From Saprospiraceae bacterium (GTDB taxonomy: Bacteria > Bacteroidota > Bacteroidia > Chitinophagales > Saprospiraceae): 64,000 bases of DNA. The notes below the pieces were generated by a model. It was given only the letters and a program-made list of their open reading frames with translations. It ran no database searches and was not told where the DNA came from. The stretch spans positions 20,451 to 84,450 of the forward strand of contig JAZGFO010000056.1 of the NCBI GenBank assembly GCA_036479655.1. Reading direction: 5' to 3'. Below, piece by piece: positions 49,101 to 56,961 of this stretch. How positions within the stretch are numbered: position 1 is the stretch's first letter; every line of letters starts with the position of its first letter. The translations under genes were made by a program, and so were the position numbers.

Positions 49101-52100
49101 CCGCATTTATTACTGATGCTACACATATCTTAAAAGTTCCATCATCAATATTTCCATCTTGAGGTAATGATGCTGGATCTACAGTAACTGCTACCCAATA
49201 AGTAGAAAATGCATCTTGAACAGGAGTTTGATGCAATTCTGGTGTGTTATCACCATTACTACAAGGAGGAGCACCTCCAAAAGCCATCACTTCTAAAGAA
49301 GAACAATCATCTCCTCCATAGACAGACCATATAGGTGTCCAGTTTCCTTCTGTTTCTACTGTTGTAAATAATTGAGCTGCCTCATCGTCAGTATTTACTT
49401 GAAACCAAACTGTCGGCATATTAATCATGTCTGGGCATCCTCCAAAATTATCATCTTCAGGACATCCAAAATCAATACAAGATGTAACACAAGTATATAT
49501 AATATCAAATGTCTCTGGTGTCTCCGGTTCAATTGGGGCTGCATCAGCAGTATCGATACATTCGTCCGACATGTCTCCACAAGTAGCAGGGTTAATTGTC
49601 AGAATAAATTCTCCGCATTCATCATCAGCATCATCAGTTGTAACTTTTACAAATAGTATTTGACCAGGATCAGAACAATTTCCAATCTTAATATCTAAAT
49701 TAGTATCTGTACAGGAAGAAGCAATAGTTTCTCCAAATCCACTACATCCTTGGTTTGGTGTCCCCCAATAAATTTCTACAGTTACATTGCCACCAATTCC
49801 ATCTGGCCCACCAACTTCCTCAAGAAAAATTTGATATCCATCATCATCTTCATTAGGCGTATAAGTATACCAGACTGCTGCATCTTCTGTAGCTGCACTA
49901 CAATCGACATTTTCAAGATCAGCAAGTGATCCATCTTCATTTTCATCTTTTGGTCCTCTAGCACAACAAGTCGTTCCTTGATGAGATCCACCACCTGTAA
50001 GGTCAAAAGGAGGATTATCATCCGTATCACAAGGGTCGTCATTTATTGGCGGCACCTCTATTTTGATATTTAAAATAAATCCACCTTCGATATCTGTTTC
50101 TGATCCTACAGCTATATAATAAGTTGTATTATCTTGAATATTTATATCTTCTTCAATAGCTGATGTACCTCCTTCTGTAGTTACGCATATTACATCATTA
50201 TTTACAGCAGTCGGTAGATCAGGACAACCATCATCAATAAATAATCCCCATGTAGGATCAATAATTGGTTCGGGAGACCCATTGTCAGGCTCTATTTCTA
50301 TACTTACAGTAGATGCATTGGCTGGTGTAGTAAATGTAAACCATACTACAGCACTTTTATCAAAAGCACACATATCTCCTGGATCAGCAAATTCTTCAGG
50401 ACAAGCCTGAACATTACAATCTGAAAAATCTAACCATTTACAAGTTTCTGAAACATCTAATACTGTTGCAAATCCACAATCATCATTTACAGAGCAAGGA
50501 TCTGTCTGTAATGTCTCTGTAATCAATATATCAAATTCTCCTTCATCTCCTTCAGCAGATGATACTTGAATCAAATAAGTATTTCCAGCAGGTGGACAAT
50601 CTACCTCTATCGGCTCTATATTTGACGGTTGTCCACATTCTTGACCTGCCATAATTACTTGGACTTGAGAACAATTCGCTGCATCATACTCTAACACTGT
50701 TAGTACTACACCATTCTGTATACCCATAGTCGGATCATTTGTATAGAATACTGTAAAACTTCCAACTCCATCAGGTACTGTATAAGAAAAATATACTGTA
50801 CTATTAAACATATCAGCATCACTACAATCACCTGTTACATAATTCCATGTTTCAGGAGTTGCTGCTACATTGTTATCACAATCTAAAGCAATTGAACCTA
50901 CACCATCTCCATTGACTAATGGATATGGAGAACAAGGATCATCATTACAACTTGTAACTACATTTACACATAAGTCAAAGTCTCCACCAATTTGATCTAC
51001 ATTATCTAAAGCTACAGCAATAATATAAGTAGTATTTGCATTTACTTCCATTCCAGTAAGATTGGCAGCTGACCCATCTCCTTCAACACATAGTGACTCT
51101 GCTGTTTCAGCTGTTGGCGGTTCTGCACATCCAGCTTGAAATACTGAAAATATCGGATTGCCATCAGCACTACTTAGTATCACAGACATGGTAGCGTCTT
51201 CTGCAAGCGCATCAGTTGTTATTTCATAAAATACTGTTGGTAAATCATTATATGCACATACCGCTGCAAAGAAATTTTCAGGACATGCATCAATATTACA
51301 ATCTGTAACACACACTTGACCTCCGTCTGTAATCGGGGTAGCTGTTGGAGCTGTATCATCTGCATCAGAACACAAATCATTATCTACACACAATGGATCT
51401 GGTACAATAGGATCTATGGTAAGATCAAAATCTCCTGCTTCAGCATCATTTGTACTAACCATAATAAAAGCCATTGTATTCTCTTCAAGACAATCAAACT
51501 TCATTTCTACTCCACCTTCTGCTCCACATTCTGTCAATTGGTCTGCATCTAAGAAGGTAACATTTCCACCACCACATGCTGTGTTTTCAAATACACCAAC
51601 TGCAAAATCTTGCCCAGTACCTGTACTTGTCAAAGTTGCTATAAAACCAGTTGTTCCAGCAGGGATAGTATATTCGTACCAAACAGAATTTTCGTCTTGA
51701 GTACCACAAGTAGTATCATCAACATCCATTGTTGCACATGTAGTAGTTCCAGAGACTACAGTATTTACGTCTCCTGCTGTTGTTATTTCTTCTGCTGTAC
51801 ATGGATCATCATTCATCGGTGGTACAAGTACCTTAATCTCAAACATTATACTTGCAGAACCATTGATATTATCAGCTCCAATACCTATTAAGTAGGTCAT
51901 TGGAGGATTGGCCAAAATGTCTATATCTGTAACATTATTTCCAACTGATATTTCACACGCTCCAGATATTGAAGTAGGAACCAAGTCACTACAGTCAGCA
52001 GGATTGCCAGCAAAAACTGAGTAAAAGCCATTACCTGTTGCAGAACTAATTAAATTAATTTGAATCTCCGAAGCATCATCATTTGTGACATCTATCTCAT

Positions 52101-55100
52101 ACCAAACTACTGGAAAATCGTCAAATCCACAATCTGAAGCAAAATCAAATTGCTCCGGACAAGCGTCTATTGTAGATGCATCTACTGGATACCAAACACA
52201 AGTAGGATCAACTACAATTACTGTAGGGTTACTACACATATCATTAGCTACTGGAGATGTGTACTCTGTTGCTAAAATATCAAACCCACCTGAATTGAAG
52301 TCGGAAGTAGATATTCTTATAACATATGTTCCTGGTCCGATACATTCAAAATCTTCCACCAAAGTACCAGAAGTACTACAAGCTTCTTCTTCAAAAGTAG
52401 AGTTATCTGCTATACATCCAGCTGCTGTACTTTCAAATACTACAATATTTACATCTCCCATAAATCCATTGGTCGCTGTAGATGTAACTGTAAGGTCAAA
52501 TCCATTGACTCCATCTGGCACAGTAAATTCATACCATACAGTATTTTCTTCATCAACATCATTACATACATTACTATCAAAAGGTATGATTGCTTGGGTA
52601 GCACAAGTAGTAGTACCCATTGTTGAAACGCCATTATTAAGTATAACACCATCTACACATTCATCATTTGATGGTGCTACTAATACTTTTATTTCAAATT
52701 GAATACTATTTGATCCATTTATATCATCAGCTCCTACACCTATCAAGTAGGTCATTGGTCCATTGGCCAAGATATCTATAATTGTTCCATTATTACCTAA
52801 AGCAGTTTCACATACTCCAGATATTGAAGAAGGAATCAAGTCATTACAATCTATTGGATTACCAGCAAAAATTGAGTAAAATGCATTTCCCGAGGCAGAA
52901 CTAATTAAATTAATTTGTATTTCTGTTGCATTATCATCAGTTACATCTATTTCGTACCAAACTACTGGAAAATCGTCAAATCCACAATCTGAAGCAAAAT
53001 CAAATTGCTCTGGACATGCGTCTACTGTAGTTGCATCTACTGGGTACCATATACACACAGGATCTATTGTGATTACTGTAGGGTTACTACACATATCATT
53101 AGCCACTGGAGATGTGTACTCTGCAGCTAAAATATCAAATTCTCCTGCATTAGCCTCTGATGTAGATATTCTTATTACATATGTTCCAGGTCCGATACAT
53201 TCAAAGTCTTCCACCAAAGTACCAGAAGTACTACAAGCCTCTTCTTCAAAAGTAGAGTTATCTGCTATACAGCCAGCAGCTGTACTTTCAAATACTACAA
53301 TATTTACATCTCCCATAAATCCATTGGTCGCTGTAGATGTAACTGTAAGGTCAAATCCATTGACTCCATCTGGTACAGTAAACTCATACCATACAGTATT
53401 TTCTTCGTCTTGATTCGTACAAACATTACTATCAAAAGGAATAATCTCTTGAGTAGCACAGGTTGTTGTCCCCATTGTTGAAACGCCATTATTAAGTATA
53501 ACGCCATCTACACATTCATCGTTTGCAGGTAGTTCGTTAATTTTTATTTCGAATGAGTGTGGACCTTCTATATCATCTCCAATAGCTATTAAGTAAGTCT
53601 GTCCGGACATGATATCGGTAGGACCGTAAGGGCCTGTTCCAAAAGCACAAGTAAAACCAGCTAAAGCAACAGGATTATCACAATCTGCTGTTGACTCCAT
53701 AATCATTGTAGATACTGTACCTGTACCATTTGTATTTTGTATTTCAACAGTTATTGGATTGGTAGTTGTCGGTGCTGTAAATGAATACCAAACAACAGGT
53801 ATTTGTTCCAAAGTACAAGAATTGAATGTAAAATCCTCAGGACATGCATTTGCAGTATTACCATTTATAGTTTTCCATTCACAAGTATTATCCAGTGCTG
53901 GATCCCATATGCTTAATGCATCAGTACATTCATCATTATTATCATTAGGTTGGGTAGTGTTTTCATTGGTTATAATCGTAAAATCCCCTTCTTCTGTAAC
54001 TGCACTTCCTACCATAATTATAATAGTAACCCCTTGTTCTATACAATTAATAGATGCCATATTACCCAATATATTACAATAGTCGGCTACTGTCGTACCT
54101 TCAAAAATTGTCATTGCATTACAATCATCTGTAAATACTACCATAGATAATCCTGTAGCGGCAGATCCATTAGAAGCATCTCCAGCAAATGTAATTTCTA
54201 AATCTACATTTGCAACTGTATTATTAGTATATTCATAAAATACTTGGTGGTCATTAGCAATAGTTTGTCCACAAAAGTCAAAGTTACCTGTAGCACAATT
54301 TGTAGAACCAGTTGCTGTAGTAAAAATGTCAGGATTAGTAGCTGAATCACAATCATTATTTATAGGTGATTCGTTAATTTTTATATCAAAAGAATGTACG
54401 CCCTCGCCTCCTGGATCAGCTACAGCTATCAAATATGTAGTACCTGATACTATATCATAAGGTCCAAATGGTCCAACTCCACTATTACACATTGCAGTTG
54501 GTAATACAGTTTGTACATCACAATCTAATGTCATTTCAAATATTGTAGCATATAATGCGCCTATTCCAGATAAGTTTTGCATTTCTACTGAAAGCGAGTT
54601 TGTAGAAATTGGTGCAGTAAATGAGTACCAAACTGTAGGGTCATCATCATAATTGCATCCTACCAAATTAAAATCTTCGGGACATGCTTCTGCAGTACTT
54701 CCATTAATCGTTTTCCAAGAACACGTATTGTCAGCTGGAACATTATCTCCATCCCATATCAATAGTGCATTGCTACATTCATCATTATCATCTGTAGGTT
54801 GAGTATTAATTACATTTGTCAATATATTAAAATCACCTTCATCACCATCACTACTTCCAACAACAATTATAATTGTTTCTCCATTTTCAATACAATCAAT
54901 CATATTTGCAGTACCTAAAACATTACAATAATCTGATGCTGTAGTGCCATTAAAAAGTGTAAATGCATTACAATCCGTTATTACCAACATTGATACATTT
55001 GCTGCTGGTGTACCATTAGTTGCATCTGCTGAAAATGTAACTTCTAAATCTATATTAACTCCAGTACTATTAGTATATTGATAAAATACTTGATGGTCAT

Positions 55101-56961
55101 TTGTTGTAGTCATCCCACAAAAAATCACCTCTCCATCAGCACAAGTAGTGCTACCCATAGTTGTCGCTGTTATATCAGGATTAGTCCCTAAGTCACAATC
55201 ATCATTGGTAGGTGCACTTGTCAATTCTATATCTAAGTTAAATGTCCCTGACATTTGATTTGTCTGAGGTGCAACTGCTATATAATACTGCGTATTTGGC
55301 AATAGAGTAATATTAGCTTCTATGCCATCTGTCTGACAACTATTTACTATAGATCCAGTACAACTACCTTCAATTATAGCAAACATTCCTGCTCCCATTG
55401 ATATCGAAGTAAGATTAACCTCAGCTTCTTGGGTAGTTACTGTATTAGTAGTAAAAGTGTACCATACTGTAGCTTCCGTATCAAAAGCACATGTACCTAT
55501 AGCAGCAGCTTCTGGACAAGCATTCTCTGTTGTTCCTGATACTGAAAAAGTAGTACAGTTAGGCGGTATTATAACTGTCGGAGCTGAAGAAATAGGATCA
55601 TTAAACAAGTCTGCATTCATACATCCATCATTAGTAGGTGGTGTACTTGCTGTCAATGTCATAGAATAATTGCCCTCAAAAGCATCACAAGATGCTACTT
55701 GAATAAGGTAAGTACCTGGCATAAGACAAAAATCTTCATTTGTATTTCCATTATATTCATAACCATTAAAAGCTGTTGCATCTGTACATGCTGTCAAAAT
55801 AGTTACTTGAGAAGTTGAAATCGTTCCTTCATTATAGTTAAGATTAACATTTGTATTCCCTGTGCCACCTATTGTAAATTCATAATAAACAGTACTATAA
55901 GAACCCGAACCACAGCCCGCTATTAAACCAGGAGTAAAGGATTCTGAAGTCGAAGAGGCTCCAAAGTTATCAACTTGTGTTATTGATGTACCAACTCCAT
56001 CTACTAATGTTCCTAAAGCCTCTGGAATACTACAATCATCTCCCACCAATGGTGGTAAAGGACTATTTACACATATATTAAATGATCCATCAGAACCATA
56101 AGGATATGCAACTTGTAAATAATAAGTTTGACCAGCAATCAACATGTCTTCTAACATCAAATTACCATTATTATCGCATTGTACTAATGTCAATCCACCA
56201 CAAGCACCTGAATAAAGTGCTACAGATAAACCTGTACCTGTTGTGTTTTCGACATACAAATCATCACCCGCAGTAAAACTATACCACATCGTAGCTTCGT
56301 TGTCAAAAATACAAACTCCATCAGCAACCATATCCCCTTTTAATTCTTGAAAATTATTAAGTGTTGTACCTGTAATATTGTTGGCACAAGTAATGACTGT
56401 ACCATCTGTACCTGGGTCAAGAGAAACTGCATTAGCACAATTATCTCCAAGTGCCAATGATGGTTGTCCTCCACTTAAGCCAGCAGTAACAGTAAGATCA
56501 TATGCGCCTTGATTGGCAGCATCGGTCAATATCACTATATAATAGGTAGTGCTCTGTGTAAAGCAGTTCTCAAATGTTTGAGGATTCATAATATTAGGAT
56601 CATGACAAGCCAAAAAAGTATTCATATTAGGCGTACCACAATTAGCTAAAGAAGCTTCAATAATTACAGCAATATGCCCTGCTCCAACTAAATCAATAGT
56701 TATATCGTTTTCATTGACAAGATCAATTCTATACCACTCATCTATAGTAAGTGTAGTAGGATTGTCACAGGATGCTGTCATTTGTGGAGCTCCACCCCAA
56801 AAACCACTTGCTGTATTATCAGCTGTAGTACCAGAAACAAGATTGCCAGAATTCAAATCAGCTGCACCTAAGGATGTAGCCGTGTTACAATCTTCTGACT
56901 GGGCAAAACTTATGTTAATAAGTGCCAAAATAAGGGAAAAGCCGAGTATTAGTCGTCTCAT
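43156..56961 (-). CDS. Giant (4,601 aa) T9SS type-B cargo / surface repeat protein
   Basis: Uninterrupted 13,806-nt ORF. Signal peptide MRRLILGFSLILALINISFAQ. 18 Cys-rich ~140-aa domains, a unique hub and Ig-like repeats. C-terminal FPNIISPNGDGDNDVFYI ... FDRWGEKLF ... GVYVFY sorting domain. Confidence 0.95.
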   Translation of the reverse strand: MRRLILGFSLILALINISFAQSEDCNTATSLGAADLNSGNLVSGTTADNTASGFWGGAPQMTASCDNPTTLTIDEWYRIDLVNENDITIDLVGAGHIAVIIEASLANCGTPNMNTFLACHDPNIMNPQTFENCFTQSTTYYIVILTDAANQGAYDLTVTAGLSGGQPSLALGDNCANAVSLDPGTDGTVITCANNITGTTLNNFQELKGDMVADGVCIFDNEATMWYSFTAGDDLYVENTTGTGLSVALYSGACGGLTLVQCDNNGNLMLEDMLIAGQTYYLQVAYPYGSDGSFNICVNSPLPPLVGDDCSIPEALGTLVDGVGTSITQVDNFGASSTSESFTPGLIAGCGSGSYSTVYYEFTIGGTGNTNVNLNYNEGTISTSQVTILTACTDATAFNGYEYNGNTNEDFCLMPGTYLIQVASCDAFEGNYSMTLTASTPPTNDGCMNADLFNDPISSAPTVIIPPNCTTFSVSGTTENACPEAAAIGTCAFDTEATVWYTFTTNTVTTQEAEVNLTSISMGAGMFAIIEGSCTGSIVNSCQTDGIEANITLLPNTQYYIAVAPQTNQMSGTFNLDIELTSAPTNDDCDLGTNPDITATTMGSTTCADGEVIFCGMTTTNDHQVFYQYTNSTGVNIDLEVTFSADATNGTPAANVSMLVITDCNAFTLFNGTTASDYCNVLGTANMIDCIENGETIIIVVGSSDGDEGDFNILTNVINTQPTDDNDECSNALLIWDGDNVPADNTCSWKTINGSTAEACPEDFNLVGCNYDDDPTVWYSFTAPISTNSLSVEMQNLSGIGALYATIFEMTLDCDVQTVLPTAMCNSGVGPFGPYDIVSGTTYLIAVADPGGEGVHSFDIKINESPINNDCDSATNPDIFTTATGSTNCATGNFDFCGQTIANDHQVFYEYTNNTVANVDLEITFAGDASNGSAATGLSMVVFTDDCNAMTIFEGTTVADYCNILGNMASINCIEQGVTIIIMVGSAVTEEGDFTIITNENTTQPNDNNDECTDALSIWDPALDNTCEWKTINGNTANACPEDFTFNSCTLEQIPVVWYSFTAPTTTNPITVEIQNTNGTGTVSTMIMESTADCDNPVALAGFTCAFGTGPYGPTDIMSGQTYLIAIGDDIEGPHSFEIKINELPANDECVDGVILNNGVSTMGTTTCATQEIIPFDSNVCTNQDEENTVWYEFTVPDGVNGFDLTVTSTATNGFMGDVNIVVFESTAAGCIADNSTFEEEACSTSGTLVEDFECIGPGTYVIRISTSEANAGEFDILAAEYTSPVANDMCSNPTVITIDPVCIWYPVDATTVDACPEQFDFASDCGFDDFPVVWYEIDVTDDNATEIQINLISSASGNAFYSIFAGNPIDCNDLIPSSISGVCETALGNNGTIIDILANGPMTYLIGVGADDINGSNSIQFEIKVLVAPSNDECVDGVILNNGVSTMGTTTCATQAIIPFDSNVCNDVDEENTVWYEFTVPDGVNGFDLTVTSTATNGFMGDVNIVVFESTAAGCIADNSTFEEEACSTSGTLVEDFECIGPGTYVIRISTSDFNSGGFDILATEYTSPVANDMCSNPTVIVVDPTCVWYPVDASTIDACPEQFDFASDCGFDDFPVVWYEIDVTNDDASEIQINLISSATGNGFYSVFAGNPADCSDLVPTSISGACEISVGNNVTDIDILANPPMTYLIGIGADNINGSASIMFEIKVLVPPMNDDPCTAEEITTAGDVNTVVSGTTTCATMDVDDTTCGTQDENSVWYEYTIPAGTTGFIATLTSTGTGQDFAVGVFENTACGGGNVTFLDADQLTECGAEGGVEMKFDCLEENTMAFIMVSTNDAEAGDFDLTIDPIVPDPLCVDNDLCSDADDTAPTATPITDGGQVCVTDCNIDACPENFFAAVCAYNDLPTVFYEITTDALAEDATMSVILSSADGNPIFSVFQAGCAEPPTAETAESLCVEGDGSAANLTGMEVNANTTYIIAVALDNVDQIGGDFDLCVNVVTSCNDDPCSPYPLVNGDGVGSIALDCDNNVAATPETWNYVTGDCSDADMFNSTVYFSYTVPDGVGSFTVFYTNDPTMGIQNGVVLTVLEYDAANCSQVQVIMAGQECGQPSNIEPIEVDCPPAGNTYLIQVSSAEGDEGEFDILITETLQTDPCSVNDDCGFATVLDVSETCKWLDFSDCNVQACPEEFADPGDMCAFDKSAVVWFTFTTPANASTVSIEIEPDNGSPEPIIDPTWGLFIDDGCPDLPTAVNNDVICVTTEGGTSAIEEDINIQDNTTYYIAVGSETDIEGGFILNIKIEVPPINDDPCDTDDNPPFDLTGGGSHQGTTCCARGPKDENEDGSLADLENVDCSAATEDAAVWYTYTPNEDDDGYQIFLEEVGGPDGIGGNVTVEIYWGTPNQGCSGFGETIASSCTDTNLDIKIGNCSDPGQILFVKVTTDDADDECGEFILTINPATCGDMSDECIDTADAAPIEPETPETFDIIYTCVTSCIDFGCPEDDNFGGCPDMINMPTVWFQVNTDDEAAQLFTTVETEGNWTPIWSVYGGDDCSSLEVMAFGGAPPCSNGDNTPELHQTPVQDAFSTYWVAVTVDPASLPQDGNIDDGTFKICVASVINAVICLGDESDCTDPSLVMEVIERENEGALEGPFCAGEEVTINISFFYDATLTGQDWLIGIVPKFGPGWDLENFDYVANAPTGTPAGVATWFEEGGACAPILQEPLPHMCTYIDNNGVLRLCNLLCENCSECDQQFMVEGDILPSGYFWISNGGNAGCDNDCSPGEAWGIGSTMSQIDWEFTLIVKTFDSYEDCIDNRDLQISFQTFSDGVGGCWEDPVGECLIDKAMVSYPWLVECEAPPAVEGEDEEICFNGTTNIFVSTVDGSTNTIIVEVEDNPNVSGEMTYIFENGTGTIEDDLTNLTNDIQMVTYTVYSEDETLPCPGPQNEIIVTIYPELMATFPPDVYICDGFCTDITPDVIGGFGMPYSYEWSTGETTASINVCPLVPTTYFVTVTDDLGCEDIAEVQVDVKPPVIIELPDEIEVCKDDNFFPFDPDYFVTIDYLSGSAPYNVVWNSSPIGLVGEVGGFGETYIINEQASSEFNSPYELCAEVTDFFGCTETVCVTVNITGELLLNVSVFDIECGDTEALINIVGFDALGNPLTDFVLYGGCPQEDYLEDGFSNSGTFTFPAVDLLSYTCYTIVASTPAGCSSSIEIDIPLTTGTPIEIAGTENICIGDEATITVTNAGDFDTFVWTPDIGSTGSVIFSPDSTATYQVEATDLTGCTSIEIFTVNVNTPPELDMAGSTVFCAGSSATLTGSGGVSYVWTSTSPEFPITGPEITVSTEITVTLTITDINGCTNDSTVTFIQDDNIPINLGDVNICDGIGETIEVNGDFINFEWSDGTTVLSTTNTFTISGPGTFTVSAIDIVSGCDAFGSFEVMDFATPIITVTDTVNVCREDSGVDSLCVNFNNQVSGSNGTWSQVSAIPGFVFSDFGLDNVCFEGIQTGYYVFEFTTNDAEQPCMDVSKVMVVNVVACPCPSPATSLVPDMCNDDDYDLNLSVLTGDPGSWSVISGPVAQDINGLITGSIFDANGIVGGVYTVRFTLDNSGGPACEEYSEQMFTVFEVPTVSVVGDGDLCNIEGQTSPTSMDLFDLISNSVSDGGTWAQLTGTNINITGGSMISSSSLTDFPETFTFEYTSEAPVGSPCPPAVVEVTVVVRDCNCPLIAVLTDTLCNNGLPIDLNDLLVNPEGLLGSWSVASGLTLMGTSMVDPADIPSGLYDITWTLNNSAGPTCELAYINSLLIRKQPVIIPITGPTPCSMDTGNGSTVSNLYDWLDSESSLGTWTQTGGTPTLPIDEVSAGISNVDFDGQPVGSMFTFTFNTNVAVEPCTDISTVITITVGDCNCPPIMLVPPADVCNDSDSFELEILADGSDPGTFEVFTSGGTDISDRITGNTFDAIDLNAGTYTIVYTLDQVVTGTCTQSLSVMFNVSNYQLTDGIDEVEVCNDDSGNGVTMVNFTTLVDNAGAGVWSEVTSSGVPIGTLIEQQNASFVNVPVGIYTFLYTIDNADPCEDFVHTVTVTVIDECNCPPINPLDPDDVCNTDGPVDLAQYDDINNPGTWSSTELTISGSMLDIDGVVAGSYDLTYTITSPLPDCPETEVVSILIGEPANSGIAEDYRLCAGLAEVIDLNAQLSGQDAGGTWVETTGSTGFDDANATFNTDGQSEGTYSFDYIIDNNAPCPDVQTTVTVILDPNPTADAGDTKMLDCDVTSAQLGDSGTSTGDDISYSWVNTNTGTEVGTDINFTAMNEGIYELTVINSATGCTDVDQVEVITSDDLPQMDVNPTDISCNGFDDGGVELINQFGGDGSYTYSLNGGAPVTDPSTWNTLPANDYTVTIMDGNGCIQEYEFSITEPAAIYVDAGADIVGDLGETFTLSIDYDSTLVTNIVWTDFEDNTDTICQGLQCGSIEVTPSQNVTTYYVQVTNENGCEAHDEIQIQLEQIVDVAFPNIISPNGDGDNDVFYIKSDDVESVLSLKIFDRWGEKLFDIENAPPRDPSVGWDGMFKETLVVSGVYVFYTELLFIDGTVKEFSGDITVIDTE
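44200..46365 (-). repeat. Four in-frame ~170-187-aa modules each opening with C(N/P)CP
   Basis: Module starts read in translation: ACPCPSP (~46365), DCNCPLI (~45805), DCNCPPI (~45255), ECNCPPI (~44710). Each contains a GxW(S/T) and a G(x)Y(x)(I/F)xYT pattern twice. Confidence 0.7.
51821..53530 (-). repeat. Young in-frame tandem duplication, 2 x 855 bp (285 codons)
   Basis: Units 52676..53530 and 51821..52675. The offset was measured from identical strings (attactgtagggttactacacatatcattagc at 52217 and 53072). The core is about 95 percent or more identical, including a ~90-nt run with no difference. Confidence 0.9.
53531..55222 (-). repeat. Older in-frame tandem duplication, 2 x ~846 bp
   Basis: Units 54376..55222 and 53531..54375 encode the same two-domain module (NDDCDLGTNPDITATTMGSTTCADG... 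versus NNDCDSATNPDIFTTATGSTNCATG...). Roughly 60-65 percent aa identity by eye. Confidence 0.8.

Noticed and set aside
51821-53530. Whether the 855-bp repeats are copies of an insertion sequence or other mobile element
   Set aside because: Both copies are in frame within the giant ORF and encode the same domain type as their neighbours. They lack terminal inverted repeats and any transposase.
43156-56961. Many plus-strand ORFs of 60-205 aa inside this interval (for example 52085..52702, 46559..46996, 53069..53413, 53759..54082)
   Set aside because: All are antisense to a single continuous 4,601-codon frame that carries a signal peptide, coherent domain repeats and a recognised C-terminal sorting domain. 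The antisense translations are low-complexity S/T/V/I-rich, and their apparent similarity to each other only mirrors the tandem duplication on the coding strand.
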